From Coriobacteriia bacterium (GTDB lineage Bacteria; Actinomycetota; Coriobacteriia; Anaerosomatales; PALSA-660): a DNA stretch of 31,433 nt. Each line of letters starts with the position of its first letter. The first letter of the stretch is position 1. Under the pieces are notes generated by a model. That model searched no databases and was not told the origin of the DNA. It saw only the letters and a list, made by a program, of their open reading frames with translations. This document shows, piece by piece, positions 22,234 to 29,417 of the stretch. The stretch spans positions 1 through 31,433 of the forward strand of contig JAHEXP010000015.1 of the NCBI GenBank assembly GCA_023252055.1. The letters run 5' to 3'. The position numbers and the translations under genes were made by a program.

Positions 22234-25200
22234 CTACTCCTCCGAGATGGAGTCGGCGCCGAACACCTCGCGCAGCTCCGCGTGCAGCGGGTGCGACATC
22301 ATGTCCACGTGATACGTCTCGACCGGCAGGGCGTAGGTCTTCGTACCCCCGCCGTTGGTGATCTTGACCTGGACGCTATCCGGGCCCGGATAGCGCGGCA
22401 CCAACCGCTTGAACCAGTCCAGGACCTCGGGATCGTTGAAGCGGGCCTCGATGTCCCGGATGAGCAGCGTGCCGGGGTTGCGCGAGAACGTGCCGTCGCT
22501 GCCCAACACCTGCACGGCGCTCACCTTCAGCTTGCGGCCGCGCTCGTTGACCTCCACCTGCGCGCGCATCTTGAGCACCGTGTCCTCGATGAACAGCGAC
22601 TCGAACTTCGTGTACATGGGGCCGAACAGACGGCCCTCCATGAACCCGTCGAGGTCCTCGATGGCGAAGTCGATCATCGGCTTCCCCTTCTTGGATATGA
22701 TCCGCTGCACCGAGGTGAGGATGCCCGCGAAGACGCCGGACTGGCCATCCGAGAACGTGTCCGCGTCCCCAAGCGACAGGGTGCGCGCAGCCTCGATCAT
22801 CTCGGCCATCTCGCGCAGTGGGTGGTCGGAGACGAAGATGCCGAGCATCTCCTTCTCGAAAGCGAGCTTCATCGCCTTGTCCCACTCGTCGCCGTCCGGC
22901 TCCGGCACAGAATGCTCGAATCCGTGGTCCGCTGCGCCGTCGAGATCGAAGAGCGAGACCTGGCCGAGGTCGCGATCCTTGGCACGCTTTGCCGCGAGGT
23001 CCACCGCGTCGTCCATCATGCGCATGAGGTGCTTGCGCGTGTAGCCGGTGGAATCGAACGCGCCCGCCTTGATGAGCGACTCGAGCGTCCGCTTGTTGAG
23101 CACCTTCGGATCCACGCGCAGGCAGAAGTCCTGGAGAGAGGTGAACGGTCCCGCCGCGTGGCGTTCGGCCACGATGGCGCTGACGACGCCTTCCCCGACG
23201 TTGCGGACGCCGGCGAGGCCGAAACGGATCCCCTCCGGCACCGCGGTGAAGTCCGAGCCCGACGAGTTCACGTCCGGCGGCAGGACCGGGATCCCGCCGC
23301 GCTTGGCGGCCGCCACGTACTTGACGATGTTCTCGGTCTTGCCGGAGTGGCTGGAGAGCACCGCCGCCATGTACTCCTGAGGGTAGTGCGCCTTGAGGTA
23401 CGCCGTCTGGTACGAGATGAGTGCGTACGCCGCGGCGTGCGACTTGTTGAACGCGTACTGCGCGAAGCGTTCGATGTCGTCCCACAGCCCGCTGACCATG
23501 CGTGGTTCGTAGCCGTTGGCCACCGCGCCGTCGATGAACTCCTTCTTCAGGCCCGCCATGATGTCGGCGATCTTCTTGCCCATCGCCTTGCGCAGCTTCT
23601 CGGCTTTGGCCGCCGAGAATCCGGACATGACCATGGCGATCTGCATGACCTGTTCTTGGTACACGATGGCGCCGTAGGTCTCCTCGAGCACCGGCCTCAG
23701 CCGGTCGTCGTAGTAGGTGACCTTGGTGCGCCCGTGCTTGCGGGCCACGAAGTCGTCGATCGAGTCCATCGGACCCGGCCGGTAGAGTGCCACCACGGCG
23801 ACGATGTCGGCGAACACGGTCGGCTTGAGCTTGCGCAGCACCCCGCGCATGCCCGGCGACTCCACCTGGAACACGCCGTCCACATCCGCGCGCTGATAGA
23901 GCTTGTACGCGGCCTTGTCGTCCATCGGGATGTGCTCGAGATCGATGTCGACGCCGTGGTTCTCCTTGATCGACGCGAGCGCCTTCGAGAGCACTGTGAG
24001 CGTGCGTAGGCCCAGGAAGTCCATCTTGAGCAGGCCGAGGTCCGCGACGAGCGTGCCCTCGTACTGGGTGACGATCGCCTCGCCCTTTGTGTCGCGTTTG
24101 AGCGGCGTGTGGAGGTGCAGCGGATCGCGGCAGATCACGACGCCCGCCGCGTGCACGCCCTCGCCGCGCACGAACCCCTCGAGTGCGGTGGCGGCGTCGA
24201 TGATGCGTTTCGTGTCACCGTCGGAGGCGTAGGCATTGCGAAGGTCCGGGTTCATCTTCATCGACGACTCGATGGTGGCCTTCGGGTCTTCCTGGATCAT
24301 CTTCGCGACCTTGTCGGGCACCCCGAACGGGTACCCGAGGATGCGGCCGGCGTCGCGGACGGCCGCACGGGCCTTCATAGTCGAGAACGTGATGATCTGA
24401 GCGACCTTGTCCGCACCGTACTTGTCGCGGACGTACTCGATGACCTCGCCGCGACGTTCGTCGTCGAAGTCGATGTCGATGTCGGGCATGTCACTTCTGT
24501 CCGGCGACAGGAAGCGCTCGAAGAGCAGTCCGTGCTCGAGCGGATCCAGCGCCGTGATCCCGAGGGCGTACGAGATGATCGACCCTGCGGCGGAACCGCG
24601 CCCCGGGCCGACGCCGATGCCGCTTCGCTTCGCCCACTGGATGAAGTCCTGGACGACCAGGAAGTAGCCGGCGAAGCCCTTGCCCTTGATGACGCCGAAC
24701 TCGTGGTAGAAGCGCTCGACGGCCGCCTCAGGGATCGGATCCCCGTAGCGCTCGCGCAGGCCCGCGAGGCACTTCTCCTCGAGGAATGCGTTCAGCGCAT
24801 CGGCCTCGTCCATGCCCGCGAGCCGCTCCGGCACGTCGAACACCGGAAGGATCAACTTGCCGAACTCGAGCTCCACGTTGCACCGGTCGGCGATGGCCGC
24901 GGTGTTCGAGATCGCCTCCGGATACTCGGAAAGGGCCTCCGACATCTCCTCCTGCGTGCGCATGTAGAAGCGGTCGCACGAGAACCGCATGCGCTGGGTG
25001 TCGTCGAGCACCTTGCCGGTGGCGATGCACAGCAGCATGTCCTGCGTCTTCGCGTCCTCCGCGTTGACGTAGTGGATGTCGTTGGTGCCGATGAGCGGGA
25101 GGCCCTTTTCCCGTGCGATGACCGCCAGTTCGCGGTTGAGGTCGTGCTGCGTGACGCCGTTGTCGGCGGTGATCCCCTGCTGCTGGAGTTCCACGAGGAA

Positions 25201-25701
25201 GTCGCCCTCGCCGAAGATGTCGGCGTAGCGCTCGGCCCAGCGCCGCGCCTCGCCCAACTCCCCGTTCTCGATCGACTTGCTGAGGATGCCGGACATGCAT
25301 GCGCTCGTGCCGATGAGCCCCTTGCTGTAGTGGCGCAGCAACTCCTCGTCGACCTGTGGCTTGTAGTAGAAGCCCGAGATCCACGCGTCGGACACGATCG
25401 CCATCAGGTTGCGGTAGCCCTCGACATCCTTGGCGAGCAGCAGCAGGTGGTAGAGGTCCGGCTTGCCGTCGCGCGCGAGCCGCGACCCCGTGGTGAAGTA
25501 GACCTCGCAGCCCAGTACCGGCTTGATGCCGGCCTTGTTCGCCTGGCGGTAGAAGTCGACCGCCCCGTACATGTTGCCGTGGTCGGTGAGCGCGAGCGCC
25601 GGCATCTCGAGCTGCTTGGCGCGCGCTACCAGATTCTCGATCTTGGCGGCGCCGTCGAGCAGCGAGTACTCGGAGTGGGTGTGCAGGTGGACGAAGGGCA
25701 C
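22234..25701 (-). CDS. dnaE: DNA polymerase III alpha subunit (PHP domain plus Pol IIIalpha core plus OB fold)
   Basis: ORF 22234..25701 minus, 1155 aa. MPFVHLHTHSEYSLLDGAAKIENLV... (PHP), ...GPGRGSAAGS..SYALGIT.LDP... (palm), ...FNKSHAAAYA... No intein-like insertion is evident. Confidence 0.95.
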   Translation of the reverse strand: MPFVHLHTHSEYSLLDGAAKIENLVARAKQLEMPALALTDHGNMYGAVDFYRQANKAGIKPVLGCEVYFTTGSRLARDGKPDLYHLLLLAKDVEGYRNLMAIVSDAWISGFYYKPQVDEELLRHYSKGLIGTSACMSGILSKSIENGELGEARRWAERYADIFGEGDFLVELQQQGITADNGVTQHDLNRELAVIAREKGLPLIGTNDIHYVNAEDAKTQDMLLCIATGKVLDDTQRMRFSCDRFYMRTQEEMSEALSEYPEAISNTAAIADRCNVELEFGKLILPVFDVPERLAGMDEADALNAFLEEKCLAGLRERYGDPIPEAAVERFYHEFGVIKGKGFAGYFLVVQDFIQWAKRSGIGVGPGRGSAAGSIISYALGITALDPLEHGLLFERFLSPDRSDMPDIDIDFDDERRGEVIEYVRDKYGADKVAQIITFSTMKARAAVRDAGRILGYPFGVPDKVAKMIQEDPKATIESSMKMNPDLRNAYASDGDTKRIIDAATALEGFVRGEGVHAAGVVICRDPLHLHTPLKRDTKGEAIVTQYEGTLVADLGLLKMDFLGLRTLTVLSKALASIKENHGVDIDLEHIPMDDKAAYKLYQRADVDGVFQVESPGMRGVLRKLKPTVFADIVAVVALYRPGPMDSIDDFVARKHGRTKVTYYDDRLRPVLEETYGAIVYQEQVMQIAMVMSGFSAAKAEKLRKAMGKKIADIMAGLKKEFIDGAVANGYEPRMVSGLWDDIERFAQYAFNKSHAAAYALISYQTAYLKAHYPQEYMAAVLSSHSGKTENIVKYVAAAKRGGIPVLPPDVNSSGSDFTAVPEGIRFGLAGVRNVGEGVVSAIVAERHAAGPFTSLQDFCLRVDPKVLNKRTLESLIKAGAFDSTGYTRKHLMRMMDDAVDLAAKRAKDRDLGQVSLFDLDGAADHGFEHSVPEPDGDEWDKAMKLAFEKEMLGIFVSDHPLREMAEMIEAARTLSLGDADTFSDGQSGVFAGILTSVQRIISKKGKPMIDFAIEDLDGFMEGRLFGPMYTKFESLFIEDTVLKMRAQVEVNERGRKLKVSAVQVLGSDGTFSRNPGTLLIRDIEARFNDPEVLDWFKRLVPRYPGPDSVQVKITNGGGTKTYALPVETYHVDMMSHPLHAELREVFGADSISEE

Positions 25702-25711
25702 GGTTGGTCGC

Positions 25712-26005
25712 TCACGCCTCCCGTGGGAGGCCGAGCACGGTGCGGTACCCGTCGGCGCCGTAGTTCAGGGCGCGGCTGACGCGGCTGATCGTTGTGGTGG
25801 AGGCCCCGGTGGCCTCGCGGATGCGGTCGTAGTGCTCGCCGACCGACAGCAGGCGCGCCACTTCCAGGCGCTGTGCCATCTCGCGCACCTCTCGGACGGT
25901 GCAGACATCCTGCAGGAACGCGTACACGTCGTCGGGCGAATCCAGGGCGGCGAATGCGGCCAGAAGCCGCTCTACGTCGTCGGTGCGAAGGCGGTCCGTG
26001 GACAT
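25712..26005 (-). CDS. YerC/YecD family TrpR-like DNA-binding protein
   Basis: ORF 25712..26095 minus. Real start MSTDRLRTDDVERLLAAFAALDSPDDVYAFLQDVCTVREVREMAQRLEVARLL..GEHYDRIREATGASTTTISRVSRALNYG at 26005 (GGAGG SD). Trp-repressor-like HTH. The stop lies 11 nt before the dnaE ATG. Confidence 0.75.
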   Translation of the reverse strand: MSTDRLRTDDVERLLAAFAALDSPDDVYAFLQDVCTVREVREMAQRLEVARLLSVGEHYDRIREATGASTTTISRVSRALNYGADGYRTVLGLPREA

Positions 26006-26171
26006 GCTTTCGCTCAGCCTCCGCTCGGGGTGTGGGTGGTCGTCGTGACGCCCCCGATGGTAGCACCCGGGCCCGACACGGATGTGGCCGCTCACCGTCC
26101 GGCGGAGGCGCTGAACGGTCGCCGATGAGTGCCGTGCGGCCGGGTGGCGAAGGACCGGGACCTGCGAAGCG

Positions 26172-26885
26172 TCAGGCCAGACCGAGACGGCGTGCGTATG
26201 CGGCGGCTATCGCATACACCGGCAGCCACCACGACGACGTGATCATGAGGATCTCGCCTTGGTCGAGCCGCATGGACGAGGCGAGCGCGCCCGTGGGCGC
26301 GAGCGCCATCGACAGCGCTGCGCCGGCCACGGCGATGCCGACCACGAGAATCGCGGCATGCAGCCAGCGATGTGCACGCCCGGAGGCCACAAGCTCGATG
26401 ACGAGCGGCGACCCCACCACGACGAGCGAGATGGCGGATACCAGGCCGGTCGCACTGAGGCTGCGCCCGACGCCCTCGCGGAACATCAGAACGAGCAGCG
26501 GCGTCACGAGCACGGTCGACAACACGCTGGCGATCCCCGCGACGACCGAGAGCGCCACCATGCGCAGCGGCAGGGAGCGCACCGACCCGTGCGGGTCGAT
26601 GACGAGCAGGCAGACGGCGGTGAGAAGCGGCGGGAGGACCAGCAAGGCGTCGTAGACGCCGGTGAACGAGTACTTGGCCTGAGTGCCCAGCAGGAGCACC
26701 TCGACGGCCAGCCACACGGCGCCGATGGCGTACGTGAGCGCGTAGGTGCGCCAGAATCGGGGTCCCTCGTCGGCCGTGGGAGGCTCGGCGCCGGCGGGCG
26801 CTTGGGATACTGCGGCCACGTCGGGCCTCTCGCTCGTATCGGTCACTTCGGGGCTCCTTGCGCCTCCGGCGGTCGCTTGCGTCAC
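26172..26885 (-). CDS. hypothetical integral membrane protein (5-6 predicted helices, Pro/Ala-rich N-terminus)
   Basis: ORF 26172..26885 minus. MTQATAGG...FWRTYALTYAIGAVWLAVEVLLLG..., ...LLVLPPLLTAVCLLVI..., ...MVALSVVAGIASVLSTVLVTPLLVLMF..., ...LVSAISLVVVGSPLVIELVA..., ...AAILVVGIAVAGAALSMALA.... No recognisable family. Confidence 0.5.
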   Translation of the reverse strand: MTQATAGGARSPEVTDTSERPDVAAVSQAPAGAEPPTADEGPRFWRTYALTYAIGAVWLAVEVLLLGTQAKYSFTGVYDALLVLPPLLTAVCLLVIDPHGSVRSLPLRMVALSVVAGIASVLSTVLVTPLLVLMFREGVGRSLSATGLVSAISLVVVGSPLVIELVASGRAHRWLHAAILVVGIAVAGAALSMALAPTGALASSMRLDQGEILMITSSWWLPVYAIAAAYARRLGLA

Positions 26886-26959
26886 GACGAGCGTACCCGC
26901 GACGTGCCGAGCGGTACATGACGGAAGTCAAACGCGCGGATCTGGTCGAAGGGAGGCGC

Positions 26960-26990
26960 TCGAGCACTGGGGTACAATCCGAGCAGCCGC
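26960..26990 (+). promoter_or_regulatory. putative promoter of MFS transporter (extended -10-like cactGGGGTACAATcc)
   Basis: TACAAT hexamer at about 26973..26978, 70 nt upstream of the MFS ATG, in the divergent intergenic region. There is no good -35. Confidence 0.3.
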
Positions 26991-27048
26991 CGCGCCCACG
27001 CGCGGCGCTCCCCTTCCGCCCTCAGCGCCGATCCTGGAGCCGCCCCGC

Positions 27049-28428
27049 ATGTCCGATCCCACCCTTCCCGAAGCGACACCGTCGGCGCCCATCGATGCCG
27101 TACCGACTTCGGTCGCCGAGGCCGAATCCGATACGAGCACGCCAACGCAGGCGGTCGTCCGCCGCGGCGGCACGTTCGAGTCGTTCAAGCACCGCGCCTA
27201 CCTGTACTTCTGGAGCGGCGCGTTGGTGAGCAATGTGGGCACATGGATGCAGGCGGCGGTCATCGGCATCATCGCGTACGGCTTCCGGCGCTCGGAGGCG
27301 GACCTCGGCATCGTCACGTTCGCCTCGCAGATCCCGAACCTGTTCCTGACGCTGCCGGGAGGGGTGCTGGCCGATCGCGTCGACAAGCGCAAGCTCATCC
27401 TGTGGGCGCAGGTCCTGTTGATGGCGCAGGCACTCGCGTTCGGTGCCCTGTACGTCACCGGCAACCTGAGCGCGCGCACGCCGGTGATGTCCCTGGTCGT
27501 CGTGGGACTTCTCGGGCTCTTCTCCGGTGTCATGACGGCTCTGTCGTTCCCCGCGTGGCAGGCGATCATCCCCGACCTCGTGCCTCGGGAGAACCTGCTC
27601 AACGCTATCGCACTCAACTCGGCGCAGTTCCAGTCGGGACGCATGCTCGGCGGCGCCGCGGCACTCGGCGTGATCGCTCTCGCGGGCCAGGCCGCGGGCA
27701 TCGCCGATGTCTTCTGGATCAACGCGGTGAGCTTCCTGTTCGTCATCGCGGCCCTGATGGCGGTGCGAACCTCGCCGCACGCACCTGAGAAGCCCAAGGA
27801 AGCGCCGACCGAGGGCATGTGGACGTCGCTCATGGAAGGCATCAACTTCTCGGTCAAGCACCGGATGGTCGGCATCGTCATCCTGAGCACCGCGATCATC
27901 ACGTTCGTGGGCATGCCGTACGCCGTCCTCATGCCGGCGGTGGCCGACAAGGTCCTCGGATATCACGCGTGGCAGGGCCCCTATGCGATCCTGTTCACCA
28001 TCAACGGAGTCGGCGCTCTGGTTGGAGCCCTGATCGTTGCAAGCCTCCCGCACACCGTGCAGCGGGAACGGCTCATGCGCTGGACGATCCTCGCGACGGC
28101 CCTCGTGCTGCTCGCCTTCGCCTTCAGCCCGTGGCTGTGGCTGTCGTGCATCCTGTCGGCGCTGGCCGGTGCGTGCCTGCTGACGACGAACTCGCTGGCG
28201 AACACGTCGGTGCAGTCCAACGTCCCGCACCACCTGCGCGGCCGCGTCATGGCGGTCTACATCACGTGCTTCCTGGGCGTCATGCCGCTGTCCGCTGCGG
28301 CGTTCGGCGTGATAGCACAGGCCGTCGGCCCCGCGTGGGCGATCGCGGGAGGCGCGCTGGCGCTGCTGGCGTGGTCACTCGTCCTGATCGCCCGGCCGTC
28401 GCTGCTCACCCCCGATCCGGCGGAGTAG
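27049..28428 (+). CDS. MFS transporter (12 TM; EntS/DHA-like exporter family)
   Basis: ORF 26746..28428 plus (tool start GTG). Likely start MSDPTLPEA at 27049. ...AYLYFWSGALVSNVGTWMQAAVIGIIAYGF..., ...TLPGGVLADRVDKRKL... (MFS motif A-like G..ADR.D.R), 12 hydrophobic segments. Confidence 0.8.
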   Translation: MSDPTLPEATPSAPIDAVPTSVAEAESDTSTPTQAVVRRGGTFESFKHRAYLYFWSGALVSNVGTWMQAAVIGIIAYGFRRSEADLGIVTFASQIPNLFLTLPGGVLADRVDKRKLILWAQVLLMAQALAFGALYVTGNLSARTPVMSLVVVGLLGLFSGVMTALSFPAWQAIIPDLVPRENLLNAIALNSAQFQSGRMLGGAAALGVIALAGQAAGIADVFWINAVSFLFVIAALMAVRTSPHAPEKPKEAPTEGMWTSLMEGINFSVKHRMVGIVILSTAIITFVGMPYAVLMPAVADKVLGYHAWQGPYAILFTINGVGALVGALIVASLPHTVQRERLMRWTILATALVLLAFAFSPWLWLSCILSALAGACLLTTNSLANTSVQSNVPHHLRGRVMAVYITCFLGVMPLSAAAFGVIAQAVGPAWAIAGGALALLAWSLVLIARPSLLTPDPAE

Positions 28429-28499
28429 CGGGGTCTGCGCGTCGCCTCGCGGCGGCGCGTGGCACGCGGGCCAGCGCTCTCGGTGCCTCGCCGCGGCCG

Positions 28500-29249
28500 C
28501 TAGACGACGCGGCTGACCAGTCCGCCGATACCCTCGATGCGCACCTCGACGGTGTCCCCCGAGTGCAACTCGCCGATCCCTGCAGGCGTTCCCGTGAGCA
28601 CGATGTCGCCCGGCAGGAGCGTCATGACCGAGCTGATGAAGCTCACCAGCTTCGGGACGCTGAAGATCATGTCGCTCGTGCGGGCCGACTGGACGAGGTT
28701 CCCGTTCAGGTACGTCTCCAGCAGCAGGTCCGACGGGTCGACGTCCGTCTCGACCCAGGGGCCCAGCGGGCAGAAGCCGTCGAAGCCCTTCGCGCGCGTC
28801 CATTGGCCGTCGCGCGCCTGCAGTTCTCGGGCTGTGACGTCGTTGGCGCAGGTGTAGCCCAACACGTAGGTGAGCGCGTCGTCCTCGCTCACATGGTGTG
28901 CGCGGCGCCCCATCACGACGGCCAGTTCGCCTTCGTAGTCGACCCTCCCCGCGCCCTCCGGCAGGTGGATGTCACCCAGCGGAGCGTTCATCGAGGTCGG
29001 GGGCTTGAGGAAGATGAGCGGCTCGAGCGGAAGGTCGTGGCTCATCTCGCGGGCGTGTGTCGTGTAGTTGACGCCCACACACACGATCTTCGTCGGCATC
29101 GCCGGGGGCATGAGCCGCGCGCCCACCATGGAGATGACGTCGTCGGTCTCCCAGGCGGCGAAGGGCTCATCCGAGATGAGCGTGATGCTCGTGGCGTCGG
29201 CGAGGCCGTACCGAACGTCCTCGCCCGTGAACACCCTGACCACGCGCAT
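28500..29249 (-). CDS. fumarylacetoacetate hydrolase (FAH) family protein (2-keto-4-pentenoate hydratase / HpaG-like)
   Basis: ORF 28500..29249 minus. ...KIVCVGVNYTTHAREMS......PLIFLKP..S.......I.LP.GAGRVDYEGELAVVMGRRA......DALTYVLGYTCANDVTARELQ......WTRAKGFDGFCPLGPWV... and ...GDIVLTGTPAGIG... are FAH-fold signatures. Confidence 0.85.
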   Translation of the reverse strand: MRVVRVFTGEDVRYGLADATSITLISDEPFAAWETDDVISMVGARLMPPAMPTKIVCVGVNYTTHAREMSHDLPLEPLIFLKPPTSMNAPLGDIHLPEGAGRVDYEGELAVVMGRRAHHVSEDDALTYVLGYTCANDVTARELQARDGQWTRAKGFDGFCPLGPWVETDVDPSDLLLETYLNGNLVQSARTSDMIFSVPKLVSFISSVMTLLPGDIVLTGTPAGIGELHSGDTVEVRIEGIGGLVSRVV

Positions 29250-29358
29250 GCGCTTCCCGTTCCTCCGTGAGCCTACGGCGGCTTCATGCCGCCTACGTGA
29301 TAGTTCGACTTCTGCGCGCCCTCCCCTGCTAGCGGGCGGCGACCGGCGGCGGAAAGAG

Positions 29359-29390
29359 AGAGGCCCCGGTCCGTGTGGACCGGGGCCTCT
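29359..29390 (-). terminator. intrinsic terminator of the multiheme cytochrome gene (AGAGGCCCCGGUCC acac GGACCGGGGCCUCU then UCUCUUUCC)
   Basis: Perfect 14-bp stem, 4-nt loop, 28 nt after the stop at 29418 on the minus strand, followed by a pyrimidine/U-rich run. Confidence 0.6.
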
Positions 29391-29417
29391 CGAAGTGGTG
29401 CGGTAAAGCGACGGATC

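Noticed and set aside
28429-28499. GC-rich 70-nt convergent gap between the MFS transporter and the FAH gene, examined for a terminator hairpin.
   Set aside because: It contains similar cgcctcgcggcgg / cctcgccgcggcc segments, but they are not cleanly complementary. No convincing stem-loop could be drawn by eye.
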